64,000 nt of DNA, taken from assembly GCA_951406725.2 (NCBI GenBank), contig OX597820.1:56482001-56546000 (forward strand). Direction: 5' to 3'. Below the pieces are notes generated by a model. That model searched no databases. It saw only the letters and a program-made list of their open reading frames with translations, and was not told the DNA's origin. Numbering within the stretch: position 1 is the first letter of the stretch; every line of letters starts with the position of its first letter. This DNA comes from Octopus vulgaris (taxonomy: Eukaryota). Below are positions 27,055 to 39,716 of this stretch, piece after piece. A program made the position numbers and the translations under genes.

Positions 27055-28682
27055 TAAGTCCAATGTAATATTCACATCCAGCTTTTCAAAAAGTAGTGTC
27101 GAATTTTTGGACACAAAAGTTAAGTTTTCGGAAGGCCAAATAATCACAGAATTATTTTAGAAACCCACGTCATCTCATATTCATCTCTACCGCTCTGATC
27201 ATCCACATAATACAATCAGATCAAATCCGAAGTGCCAGTTTTTGAGGATAAGACATATTAGCACAGACATTGGGGATTATTGGAAACATGCAAATGCTTT
27301 TGTGCGCCATATTGTAGAGCGCGGTTAAAGGGAATCACGATTAAAGGAAATCGCGAATGACATAGCGGAAATTAGTTGTGATAATCAAACTTTCATGCCA
27401 AATTTTAACAATCAGAAAAGAGCTTATGGCCGAATTCCTTTAGTGATTAACTGGCACCGAAATTTTGCTGATATTTCAAAAGTGCTGCATGGCAGTTTCT
27501 AGCATATTTCAGAAAAATATCCTCGTTTCCGACAAATATTCCGTCTTCCGCCTATTGTAGCTTTTAGACGCAATAGAAATATTAGAGAAATATTGACCAG
27601 TACCTCTAATAAAAGCTCCATTGAAGTTTCTGAAAGCTGCACCCCCCAAAAACACACATAAGAGAGGTAAGCACTGTTCGTTGTACAGTAACATGAGTCA
27701 GACCAATTCCATCAAGAATTCGTCGTCGTGGCACTCCGTCGGTTACGACGACGAGGATTCCAGTTGATCCGATCAACGGAACAGTCTGCTCATGAAATTA
27801 ACGTGCAAGTGGCTGAGCAGTCCAAAGACACGCGTACCCTTAACGTAGTTGTCGGGGAGATTCAGCGTGACATAGAGTATGACATAGCTGGCCCTTTGAA
27901 ATACAGGTACAACAGAAACAGGAAGAAAGAGTGGGAGAAAGTTATAGTGAAAGAGTAGAGCAGGGTTCGCTACAACCCCCTGCCAGAGCCTCATGGAGCT
28001 TTAGGTGTTTTCGTTCAATAAACACTCACAACGTCTGGTCTGGGAATTGAAATCGCGATCCCACGACCGCCTCCTCTCATCAAGAATTATAACAGAAATA
28101 ATATGATTTACACAGAAGGAGGGACCTGTAAGGATTCCCATTCCGCGTATGCAACGGAATGCATCAAACACAAAATGAGGTATGTTGGTTGCACAACATT
28201 TAACGAATATAGGTACGACGTCAGGCACAATAACAGTGGTTCCACAGAACTTGAGAAGCATTTCACATCAAACAGATGTAAATTTGAGGAAGTCCTGAAG
28301 GTGCACATTCTCAAATAATACCCTCACCCCACTGCGCTTTTAGTCCCTCAAAACCTATGAACTGTTAACATCTCAGCCTAGAAGAATTAATAAAATGACA
28401 GGTGAATTCCACCATATTTACACAAAAACTTTTTGACTGAATAATTATTTTTCCCCAATCCTTTTCTTTCTTTTTGTTTTTTCTTTCTTTCCTTCCTTCT
28501 GCTACCTTTTGACGTCGTTTCATCTGGACAGATGACGTCGTTTCACCTGGAAAGAAACGCAGTTATTCCGGTTTAATTTTGAATGTTTCAGAGTTTCCTA
28601 TCTCTGAATTTCATTTCATTTTATTTTTTGAATTGGTAAAAGACACACGGTATGCCGAAATATTGTTCATTCGTTTCATTTT
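27055..28682 (+). mobile_element. Penelope-like element 3' fragment (RT thumb + GIY-YIG + tail), right arm
   Basis: FTSSFSKSSVEFLDTKV...ITELF*KPT...SDHP...QFLRIRHIS...RG, then AYATECIKHKMRYVGCTT...HF; interrupted by a family C SINE. Confidence 0.9.
27721..28072 (-). mobile_element. SINE family C, standard-tail variant, 5' truncated
   Basis: Matches 47546-47926; CATCAAGAATT duplicated on both sides. Confidence 0.85.
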
Positions 28683-28738
28683 CTCACCAGCCTTTCGGTT
28701 AATAGCCGAACGCGCAAACCGATTGGGTCATAGAGACG

Positions 28739-28821
<83 letters not shown>

Positions 28822-29029
28822 TAATGATTTCACTTATTTGCCACAAAGGTGAAGGATGAGGGAGATAATTCAAAGAAAGAAAAATGTGGGAATTTACACA
28901 TAATGAAATGATAAAATAATAATATAAAAAAAAGTAACAATAATAAACAGCAACAAACTATGTTTTGATGTTAATTTAATGAAAAAAAAAATCAAAATAT
29001 TGTTGCAGAAAAAAAAAGAAGATTCAACA

Positions 29030-29102
29030 AAGTAGCAGTTGCACGAATTATCAGTTATTCGAATTATTGAAAATAATCGAAATAGAGATAGATAGACAGA
29101 CT

Positions 29103-29172
<70 letters not shown>

Positions 29173-29610
29173 AAGAGAGAGTTATGTTTATGTTTACAGT
29201 CTGAAAACCGATGTAGTTTATGTTAAAGTCTCTTTATAGCCTTCATCATGGCTGGTTCAAAATCTGTGTTAATGGAATAAATATTTGAAAATGGCGCTAA
29301 TGTTTCTACTGTTCGAAGAAATTAGGAATTCAACGAAGTTTGCCAAAAAAAGAAATATGTAATAATCTCATGCCATGTGCAACTGCACATGTGTGTATAT
29401 GTGTGTGTGTATGTGTGTGTGTGTGTGAGTGTGTGTACATGTGAGTGCGTGCGTGAGTTTGTTGTTTATGTTTACAGTCGAAAAACCGCTTTTTGCATGT
29501 TAATAAAAAATCATTTTAATAAAATGTGACAGAGTATTTTTCGAAAAAATGAAAATTCAATATTTGCAGCAATTCGATTAATTGTTGATTCTAGCAACTG
29601 TTGCTTCTAT
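29030..29610. mobile_element. Possible decayed MITE-like element
   Basis: AAGTAGCAGTTGCACGAATT..TTCGAATT inverted at ~29567-29607; internal direct repeat TTTATGTTTACAGTC..AAAACCG; related sequence at ~35430-35510. Confidence 0.4.
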
Positions 29611-29734
29611 CAATGATATTAATATCTGAACAGTAAAAACGTCCATACATTTAGAAAACATTAGCTGGGAATATTATACACATTAAATTATTATTTGAAA
29701 CAGAGATAAATGGTAAGAAGATGAGGGTGAAATA

Positions 29735-30105
29735 TTTTTCATTTTAGCATTGGAACAGAGGTTTCTTATCAGAAACCACGAAATGTATATAAGGCAGCAA
29801 GATATATTAAGTAACTGCGGAGCATAGGGAGGCCGGGAAGAAACAATTAACCACATTGTTTCTGGCTGTCTAAGGTTAGCCAAAGAAGAATGCATCTACA
29901 GATGCGACAAAATTAGAGATTTTCATGCACTAAATGTTATGCGAATTAAAAGTTAACAGAAAAGAGGCAGTATAAATATATACCAGAAGAAGATTCCAGA
30001 AAATGATAGAGCGCCAATCCACATAAATAGGGAAAGCAAGGCAAATCGAACGGATATTGCTGTTGAGGACTCCAGAAAATAAAATACACTCTAATATAAA
30101 TATAA
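29735..30105 (+). mobile_element. R4/Dong-like non-LTR relic (CCHC zinc knuckle / start of RLE domain)
   Basis: NCGA*GGREETINHIVSGCLRLAKEECIYRCDK...KANRTDI (cf. CR.C...ETI.HI.SGC..LA...Y..RHD, ANRPDI). Confidence 0.8.
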
Positions 30106-30349
30106 CACAACAAATAGAACAACTTACCTACAAACGGGTGAGAAGTAACAACCTGGGTTCGGTCAGAGGGCTCCACGACCCCAACTATTCTTCTCTTCCA
30201 TTTAGTCCGGAAATATGTATTCAAATTTTCTAATTTTTAGTGAGGACGTACAAAAATCTCACGTTGTGCAAATTATTTCCCGAGACAAAAGTATGTGTGC
30301 TCTGAATGTATAAGTAGCATAGTTATTAAATACTACGTTATTTTATGCC

Positions 30350-31230
30350 CACCACAAGGTCCAGTCACTTGTTGCGACGACGACGACGTTGAGAGCTATG
30401 CTAGAGGAGCGAAAGCTCTTTGTGGGGCCTCTCATACAAGACAAGTAAAAGATAGAGAATACACTAATATGGCTAATCTCTTCCCAGAGGTAAAAATGGG
30501 TTTGCGTAGAGTAGGTGAGAATTGATGATCCCCGAAAACTCGAAGTCTTCAACCATTACAGCTGACGTCAAATTCTACGTGTTTGTCTATTGGACATCAT
30601 TTCGAATCCCAAAATACGACAACACTGCTGCATCAATTCTCTGCAACAAGCTCTCCTCGCAAGACGTCTAAGGTGGCTTTGTCATACTCTCCGTCAACCT
30701 CCAGGAGGATTCATTCGCAAGGCGGTCAACCCTCCCAGGCCGGTATGAACGGGCAGGAGGACGACTGAAGACGTGACTGGTGACGGTAAAGGCGAACGTG
30801 GAAGCACAATTGGGCCCCTCATCTATGGTCTTCAGCAGTGGAACCGGGAGCGGGTATCCATTACTGCTTCGGCTGCGACCGATTGTCGGATGCGGTCAGC
30901 ATTCGTGAGGGACGTGGTGAACTCGTTAGTCGAAGCCAGTTCAACCCAGCTTGGGTGGGTGAATATCGCTGCAAGTATAAGTAAATTCGTAAGAAAGTAG
31001 AAAACTCCTACCTAGAAAGAAGCAAAGCTACAGAAGCATCGATAGCAATTCAAAGCCAACAAAACGTGGAAGAGAGAGAGGAATACTTCCCTTAGAGATG
31101 GGATACTGAGACAGAGCAATAAAAGCCGGAATCCAACTGGAGAAAAGCAGAAAGTTAGTTCAGAGTTGAGGACAATGGAGAAAAGTCGTCGATGTTCTCT
31201 GCTCCACAGGTAGCCAAGGGTTTAAGTAAC
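30350..31230 (+). mobile_element. Cluster of RTE-clade fragments: 5'UTR-like piece and two different 3' ends
   Basis: LLARRLRWLCHTLRQP...GPLIYGLQQWN...FVRDVVNSL ending CAAGTATAAGTAA (~30985); second end QWRKVVDVLCST..TTTAAGTAA (~31230). Confidence 0.7.
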
Positions 31231-31818
31231 TACATTATTTTATGCAAGTGACTCTTCGTCCGTAAGCTAAATTTCTCGTGTGCCATTCAATTTCTTTTGT
31301 GCACTGGTTATGAAACGTGTGTGCATGCGTGTGTACAACTGGACAGCCTGGATAGAAAAGTGCCAGTTCTTTGTATTAGCGGAGAATGGAAGTTTGATGG
31401 AGGTGATTCAAACGTGTTCCATACCCCCTGGGAAAGGTTTAGTAATTATTTTACCACCACCGATTGGATGAAAGACAAACGTGGAATAGAAATGGAGTCA
31501 AGAGTGACAGAGTGGAATAGATTTAGTCTGGACAGATACTATTTCTCACCAACGATGTCGGATAAATAAATAAATTGCCAATGGAGAATAATCAAAGTGA
31601 TAGATTTAATAGATAACATTAGATTAGATAAGATTAGAAGGAAGGCACGCTTGGATATTAATAGGAAATTCGAAGTCTATACATGTCATCGTTTCCATAT
31701 ATGCGCACGCGCGCACATACATACACACACACACACGCACGCACACATTCAAACACACACACATATATGGGTATCGGTGATTGTGTGTCACTATACATTG
31801 TGTCTGCCTATGTGCATG

Positions 31819-31909
<91 letters not shown>

Positions 31910-32035
31910 CTCATATCTATCTATCGTATAACACATATGGCTGTGTTATACGTTTGTGGTATCTGCATATATGTGTGTTTGAGCGTGTGTGTGTATGTGT
32001 GCGCCTTTCTGGGAGTGTGTGTATGTGTGTGTGTA

Positions 32036-32079
<44 letters not shown>

Positions 32080-32251
32080 AGTGTGTCCGAGTTGCTTGTT
32101 AATATAATTGAATTTCCCTCAGTAGGAGAGAAGTTAGTCTCTTCATGACGAAGATTTATTTTGTTGGTACTTTAGAGAATTCCATTCAAATGCTGAATGC
32201 TTCAGGAATGCTTTGTACATTGCCGCCGTCATCGACGTAGCTGTTGTTGCT

Positions 32252-32551
32252 ATGCCATCAAAGTGACACTGGGGTACAAATATACGAAGCCCAGTACACC
32301 CATCAAAACTATCTGTCTGATAAGGGTACACCAGGCACATGAATCGCAACCATATATGCGCGACATGATGATCTCATATTAAGATAAACAGCGCATGACC
32401 TTGTAGGTAGGGCCCATTTTGAATTTTCTTCAGGTTGAGCAGCCCATTCCACTTAAAAGGTCCCCGAATAAAGTTTGTTTAAGGATGTTGAACGCAAAAC
32501 CCGTGTTTCCAGAGGTGAATTATTCAAACCCCAAAGAATTCCTTTTAACAC
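32252..32551 (-). mobile_element. Family D element, partial
   Basis: ATGCCATCAAAGTGACACTGGGGTA...CCCCAAAGAATTCC. Confidence 0.85.
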
Positions 32552-32555
32552 TCTA

Positions 32556-33212
32556 AAAGGCAAAGTCAACCTCGGCGGAATTTGAACTCAGAACGTAGCG
32601 GCAGATGAAATACCTATTTCTTTACTATCCACAAGGGGCTAAACACAGAAGGGACAAACAAGGACAGACAAATGGATTAAGTCAATTACATCGACCCCAG
32701 TGCGTAACTGGTACTTATTTAATCGACCCCGAAAGGATGAAAGGCAAAGTCGACCTCGGCGGAATTTGAACTCAGAACGTAGCGGCAGAGGAAATACCTA
32801 TTTCTTTACTACCCACAAGGGGCTAAACACAGAGGGGACAATCAAGGACAGACAAACGGATTCAGTCGATTATATCGACTCCAGTGCGTAACTGGTACTT
32901 ATTTAATCGACCCCGAAAAGATGAAGGGCAAAGTCGACCTCGGCGGAATTTGAACGCAGAACGTAACGGCAGACGAAATACCTATTTCTTTATTACCCAC
33001 AAGGGGCTAAACATAGAGAGAACAGACAAGGACAGACATAGGTATTAAGTCGATTACATCGACCCAGTGTATTACTGGTACTTAATTTATCGACCCCGAA
33101 AGGATGAAAGGCAAAGTCGACCTCGGCGGAATTTGAACTCAGACCGTAGCAGCAGACGAAATACCGCTAAGCATTTCACCCGGCGTACTAACGTTTCTGC
33201 CTGCTCGCCGCC
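32556..33212 (-). mobile_element. SINE family A multimer (head + 3 full 184-bp bodies + a partial one)
   Basis: GTC(G/A)ACCTCGGCGGAATTTGAAC at 32565, 32749, 32933 and 33116. Confidence 0.92.
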
Positions 33213-33366
33213 TTTATGCATTACTAAATAATACAATGCAAGATGTACCAAGAACATATTTTTGGAATGCAACTCATACAATATGCACAAGAATATTACG
33301 AATTATTATACGCATTATTAAAATGTACAAGTATTACGCAACTCCTCATCTAATTTCATTGATCTA

Positions 33367-33506
<140 letters not shown>

Positions 33507-33571
33507 TATATGAAAGAAAAAAGATATTCAGAATGTTGGATGGTTGTAAAAATATATATTTATTATTACTT

Positions 33572-33611
33572 CATATTAGCGCTTTCAACTACTGTAGTTT
33601 CATCAGAAATG
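33572..33611 (-). ncRNA. Minimal type-I hammerhead ribozyme motif
   Basis: CAUUU-CUGAUGA-AACUA(CAG)UAGUU-GAAA-GCG-CUA-AUAUG; canonical core, 5-bp stem II, palindromic AGCGCU stem III. Confidence 0.65.
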
Positions 33612-33998
33612 TCAGTTTAAAAATTCTTGCCTGTATTTATATTATTGGTAAATGAAGTGGGGAGAGAGAGAGTGTGTGTGTGTGTGTATATAATGGAGAA
33701 TAGAGGGAGGGAGAAGGTGAAAGAGAGAGAGAGAGAGGGAGTGATAGGGAGATAGGGAGAAGGTGAAAGAGAGAGAACATGGGTGTGTGTGTTTTAAAAC
33801 TGTGTATTTTTCTCTTTTTTCTTTTTTTGGGTCCTTTTGTATTTTTTGGATGACCCTTGTAAGAAATGGAAAGATATATATATACATATATATATTTATA
33901 CATATACATATATATACATATATACATATATACATATATATACATATACATACATATATATATATATATAAATATATACATACATGATATATATACAT

Positions 33999-34065
<67 letters not shown>

Positions 34066-34234
34066 TATACATACATATATAAACTTAGATAAACTTAGAT
34101 ATGTTTCGACCAAAGATTGGTCCAGGCCATGTCTAACTTAATAGCACCAATATATATATATATGACAGAATCGTTTGCACGCTGGGCGAAATGCTTAGCA
34201 GTATTTCGTCTGCTGTTACATTCTGAGTTCAAAT

Positions 34235-35335
34235 TTTTTTACTGCATTGTAGTGGATATTTGTATTACTTTTATATTACTCCTTATTTTTGCAGTCCTAT
34301 AACAGATATTTTATAAGTTCCCTGTTTCACAAAAATCATGTATACTTATTGCCGCGGTAAATATAGATTTTTCAACGTCAGAATTTCGGTGGTGTATTCT
34401 CGTATTCTAAATGTAGTCATTATTCTTGCTTTCTGTCTAATCTTGCTAATTCCCTTAGCATTCCGTTGAGAGTATCACAACTATATTTTATTCCTAGAAT
34501 AGTTTGAGCATTGATACACAACTATTTTATTTTTGTCATTTTGTTCTGGTTTAACTATCACTCAAATGCGTCTATAATATTCCTTTCTAAACTGTTCTTT
34601 CATTCCTGTGTTCTTCACACCGTCTACTACATTAATTTCCAGGTATTTCTAAGACTGTTTGGTCTAATTCTCTTATCTTTACTTTCTTCAATTTGTTTTT
34701 TATCCTACGTTGTTCTATTCTTCTTTATTTTTATTAATTTTTCTCTTTTCCAAGATTGCTTTTGAGCATTTTTCTAAACCGAATTTCATGTCAATTCCTC
34801 AGCCGAATCCGAATAAATTCTGTAACGTTTCCAGTTGTTTATCATCCACAGGATACAACTTGCTATTGTTCATTTACAAAAGATTGTATATTGTCCTCCT
34901 ATAACATTTGTATATCCGAGTCCAGTCTAATTTAACTTGTTAAATATATTAGCGCCAAGCAGGGAAATAATGGAGAGAGGGAATTCACTTGAAACGTTCC
35001 TTTTCTAATACAGGTGAGATTTGTTTTGATAGTTCTTTCTTTTATACGAATCTTCAGAACTGTTTGCTATTTATGGCACGTTTAATGTAGTTGTTTGTTT
35101 CTGGTGTTACCTTACTCATGGCTAATGTTTCCAAAACCTACGTGTGGGAACACTGTCAAAATATTTCTTGTAATCAATTTACGTCATTCTTACGTACTTT
35201 ACTCCCTTTCTATGAACGTCTTTCATGGCTTTATTGATTGGCAATCGATCTTTACGTCCATGCAAGCCTTTGCAACACTACTTTAGTTATTTCGAAAGTT
35301 GTCTTGCTTTTGTTTCTGTTTGTGTTTCTACATAA
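34235..35335 (-). mobile_element. Decayed R4/Dong-like reverse transcriptase fragment
   Basis: Minus strand IDYKKYFDSVP, IRKGTFQVNSLSPLFPCLAL, KLY...DMKFGLEKCSK (cf. WIDYKKAFDSVPH, RGIFQGDSLSPL.FC, M.FGL.KC). Confidence 0.8.
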
Positions 35336-35819
35336 TCATTTATCCGACCCCACGCTATTATTACAGTTCAAGCTTTGTAAGCTGTAAGCAGGCGGACTAG
35401 AGACTTGTGAGCGGAGAGTTGATCGAAAATAGTTAATCGAAACACATTTCGAAAACTGTAAACCTTAAAAACAACTGATCAAAATAACAGCCGCTAGAAT
35501 CAATGATTATGAGTCTGTAGTTCTTAGGGTTTGCTGTTTTGTTAGTCTTAATGACTAAACTGTTTTTTTCCTTTAGTGAACCAATCAGGTGTTGCTCATA
35601 ATTCTGTCATTATTTCGTTAAACATCTCTCATAGCACATTATACATCTGGCCCTGTTTATTACTCAAACCATAAGTTTGGAATCTTATCATGTCCTGTTT
35701 CTTTCCAGTTGTTCGTCTTTTGAAGCGTTTGAGATGCTTCTTGTGTTGAAAATAGTCCCTCACAATTGTTCAGTTGCTGTGTTCTTTATTTTGAACAACC
35801 TCGCCGATGCTTTTTCTTT

Positions 35820-36210
35820 AGCTGACCTGGTAGAATCGTTAGCGTGTTGGACAAATGCTTAGTGACACTTATTCCGGTTCTTTACGCCCCACCAAAGTTA
35901 ACACTGCCTTTCATCCTTTCCGAGTCGACAAAATGGAGTGCCAGTGAAGTACTGGGGTCAATGCAATCATGTTACTCTCTCTCCCCGAAACTGCAGGCTT
36001 TATGCCAAAATTTGAATAAGGAAGACGAGTTGCCGGAAGCTTCAGCGTGTCAGATAAAATGCTTAGCGGCGTTTCTCTCAACTTTTTACGTTCCACACTG
36101 AGGGTAACTTTGCTTTTCATTCTTTCGGGGTTGATAAAATAAAGTGATATCAGTCGATGTAAATGACCTGTCCCTCCCTTCAATGTTCCTAGGCTTGTGT
36201 CAAAATTTGA
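35820..36210 (+). mobile_element. Two diverged SINE family A copies
   Basis: AGAATCGTTAGC...GCCTTTCATCCTTTCC and GCTTTTCATTCTTTCGGGG. Confidence 0.7.
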
Positions 36211-36227
36211 TGCCATCATCACAATCG

Positions 36228-36279
<52 letters not shown>

Positions 36280-36280
<1 letters not shown>

Positions 36281-36530
36281 GAGTGAGAGAGCAGTGCATG
36301 CCATCAAAGTGACACTGGGGTAAAATATACGAAGCCCAGTATACCCATCATGACTACCCGTCTGATAAGGGTACACTAGGCACATGCATCACAACCATAT
36401 GTGCGCGATATGGTGATCTCATATGAAGATAAACAGCACATGACCTTGCAGGTGGGGCCCAGTTAGAATTTTCTTCTGGTCGAGTAACCCATCCCACTCA
36501 AAAGGTCCTTGAATAAGGGTTATTTAAGGA
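36280..36530 (-). mobile_element. Family D element 3' part with (TAA)n tail
   Basis: (TTA)n-TTGAGTGAGAGAGCAGTGCATGCCATC... Confidence 0.85.
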
Positions 36531-36591
36531 TATTATTATTATTATTATTATTTATTAATATTATTATCATTATTATTATTTATTATTATTA

Positions 36592-36674
<83 letters not shown>

Positions 36675-37045
36675 TCTCTTTATCACAGGTTTTGTTAGAG
36701 CTCCTGGAGTCTTACAAGCGTAGCGGGCTTGCTACCTGCAGTCTACGGTACCGTGCTTTCCATTCTTTTCAGTTATCTAATACCTGATTATTCTAGTCGT
36801 GCCAAGGAGGCAAAACTTTTGTAACAGTTCTACTGGGCATTCTATTCCAATTTCCTTTACATTCTCTTTGATGCCTTCTGATACTGTTCTGAAAGACCCA
36901 ACGATAATTGCTACTATCTTCACCTTCATTTTCCATAGCTGGGCTATTTCATACTTAATAAGAGTTGTATTTATCTATCTTTTCTCCTTCCTTCTTGACT
37001 ATTCGTGGGTCAAAGAGGCACGCAACATCAACAATATAACATATG
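36675..37045 (-). mobile_element. R4/Dong-like 3' end (RLE endonuclease C-terminus) with (TAA)n tail
   Basis: CYIVDVACLFDPRIVKKEGEKIDKY../KYEIAQLWKM..IVAIIVG../VCLLGTTRIIR, then a short UTR and (TAA)n. Confidence 0.85.
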
Positions 37046-37085
37046 TGGTGCATCTTGTCCTAATCCTCCATCACCACCACCACCA

Positions 37086-37467
37086 CCATGGTGATCTCAT
37101 ATCAAGATAAACAGCGCGTAACCACGCAGGTGGGGCCCAGTTAGAATTTTCTTTAAGTCGAATAGCCCATCCCGCTCAAAAGGTCTCCGGATAAGGATTG
37201 TTTGAGGATGTTGAACAAAATACCCATGTTTCCAGAAATCAATTATTCAAATCCGAAAGAATTCTTCTCAACACATGGGTATGATGCTCCCCGACTACTT
37301 CTGCTCGTGATCAGAGATGCACATATCGTCTGTCACATAAAGGACAAACAAATGTGTGGTGTTGAGTAGAATATTTGCTGTAGCCCATCTTTTATACCAA
37401 GACAAAACAATGTACATGATAACACTTCAAATCAGTTAAGATCAAAAGCCATGAGAGCTTGAGGGCA

Positions 37468-37468
<1 letters not shown>
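37086..37468 (-). mobile_element. Family D element 5' part
   Basis: CCATGGTGATCTCATATC...GCCATGAGAGC..GGGCATTT, between (CAC)n and (TTA)n. Confidence 0.85.
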
Positions 37469-37545
<77 letters not shown>

Positions 37546-37546
37546 C

Positions 37547-37920
37547 ATTTGATTGTTTCAGGCAAATTTCAACAACATTACCGTGTTACTGCGGTGTGTG
37601 CAACTTTGTGTGTTCCTTTTTGTCGTTAGGGGAGTGCAAACTCTTCCCGATGGGGTTTAGTTAGAGTCTTTTGTTGTATTAATGTTTTGTATTGTGTGTT
37701 ATGTGTGTAAGGCGAGCTGTGTTCTTGTGTAGGGTATCCGACCTGTGGAGTATATGTTGTGAGGGTTGTTTATTTTATTGGATATTTCTTGTATATAGTG
37801 TGTCTTGTGTGTTGCGGATTGTTTTGTTTGAGTTGTACTATTGAATCAACAGTGTCTTGCGTAGGATGTGGACTGTTCCTAGCACGGCTATTTTTTTTTG
37901 GATAGTGTGTAGTGCTGAGG
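37547..37920 (-). mobile_element. Second R4/Dong-like 3' end with a long 3'UTR and (TAA)n tail
   Basis: IQK.IAVLGTVHILRKTL (cf. IQK..LLGTA.ILRK.L), stop, ~300-nt UTR, then (TAA)n. Confidence 0.75.
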
Positions 37921-37924
37921 GTTC

Positions 37925-38011
37925 ACATCATCATCATCATCATCACCATTATCATCGCCGGCATCATCGTCATCGTCATCGTCATCGTCATCATTATCGT
38001 CATTATCATCG

Positions 38012-38061
<50 letters not shown>

Positions 38062-38221
38062 GTCATCATCACCATCATCACCGTAGTCGTCGTCGCCTTC
38101 AACGTTATCATCATCACTATCGTAATCGTCATCATCGTCAGCGTCATCATCATCGTCGTCGTTGTCATCGTCATTGTTGTCGTTGTCGTCGTCGTTATCA
38201 TGATCATCATTATCGTCATCG

Positions 38222-38252
<31 letters not shown>

Positions 38253-38448
38253 GATCGTCATCATCGTCGTCGTCGTCATCACTGCCGGCGTCGTCTTCAC
38301 TTTCGTCGTCGTAGTCATCATTATCATCATCATCATCATCATTGTCATCATCATCATCATCATCATCATCGTCATCATCATCACCATCGTCATCATCATC
38401 GTCATCATCGTCGTCATCATCATCGTCATCATCATCATCATCATCATT
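37925..38448. repeat. (CAT/CGT)n trinucleotide tract
   Basis: Directly visible; source of the 294-aa His-rich ORF. Confidence 0.95.
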
Positions 38449-38786
38449 TCATTAATTTTTGTTACCATAACTTATTTCCACTCTACACAATAGCAACAGC
38501 TCTGCCTCTGCACCTTTTAGTACATGCAGTATTTTCCCTTCATTGCTTTGTAATTTTCTATCCTAATCAAGTTACTTCGCCTATTGTTTACACAAATGCC
38601 CAGACTGCTGTTTCTATTGCTCTCCTTTTATTACCGTCGTCCATGTTGTGTTATAATTCTTATTGTTGTTCCTGTTATTGTTACCACTGTCCTTATTGTT
38701 ATTATTGTCGTTTTTTTAGTTATTGTTATTTTTGTTATTAACGTCATTATTGTTTACTCTTCTCCTTATTATTATTATTATTATTG

Positions 38787-38829
<43 letters not shown>

Positions 38830-39251
38830 GATTATTATTATTATGATTATTATTATTATTATTATCATTGTTGTTGTTGTTGTTGTTGTTGTTTTGATTC
38901 TTGTTCTTGCGATTCTTATTGTTGTCGTTGTTGGCATGTTGTTCTCATTTTTTCTTTTATTGATGTGATTAACATCGTTATTGTGGTCGTCATCGTCATC
39001 GTCGTCGTCGTCGTTGTTGTGTTAATTAATTTATTTATTTTACATCCACAGAATATAAAATAAGCCAGCACGGAAGCAAAATGATAGAAAGATTTTAGTT
39101 TCTTCATTCCACACCCGCCTCCAGACTTAACAAATCAATTAAACGGGATTTCTTAGGCGTGATGATAGCAGCATGATGAAGGTGACGTCGATGGTGGGTG
39201 ACCCTGGTTTAGTTTTCTTAAAAGTCATGATAGCATTGGCAGATTCTTGTA

Positions 39252-39486
39252 TTCTTTTCTTTTCTCTTTTATTTGTTTCAGTCATTTGACTGCGGCCATG
39301 CTGGAGCACCGCCTTTAGTCGAGCAAATCGACCCCAGGACTTATTCTTTGTAAGCCTAGTACTTATTCTATCGGTCTCTTTTGCCGAACCGCCAAGTTAC
39401 TGAGACGTAAACACAGAAGCATCGGTTGTCAAGCGATGTTGAGGGGACAAACACAGACACACAAGCGTATACATATACATATACAT

Positions 39487-39538
<52 letters not shown>

Positions 39539-39716
39539 ACACACACATATATATATACGACGGGCTTCTTTCAGTTTCCGTCTACCAAATCCATTCACAA
39601 GGCTTAGGTCGGCCCGAGGCTATAGTTGAAGACACTTGCCCAAGGTGACAAGCAGTGGGACTGAACCCGGAACCATGTGGTTGGTAAACAAGCTACTTAC
39701 CACATACCCACTCCTG
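39252..39716 (-). mobile_element. SINE family B, full length
   Basis: Reverse complement of 18000-18420. Confidence 0.9.

Noticed and set aside
32556-33212. Regularly spaced repeats resembling a CRISPR array
   Set aside because: Whole 184-bp units repeat with no unique spacers; eukaryotic SINE multimer
37857-38741. 294-aa His/Arg-rich ORF, the longest in the track
   Set aside because: Translation of a (CAT/CGT)n tract that starts in the antisense of an R4/Dong 3' end; several frames are open because the repeat lacks stops
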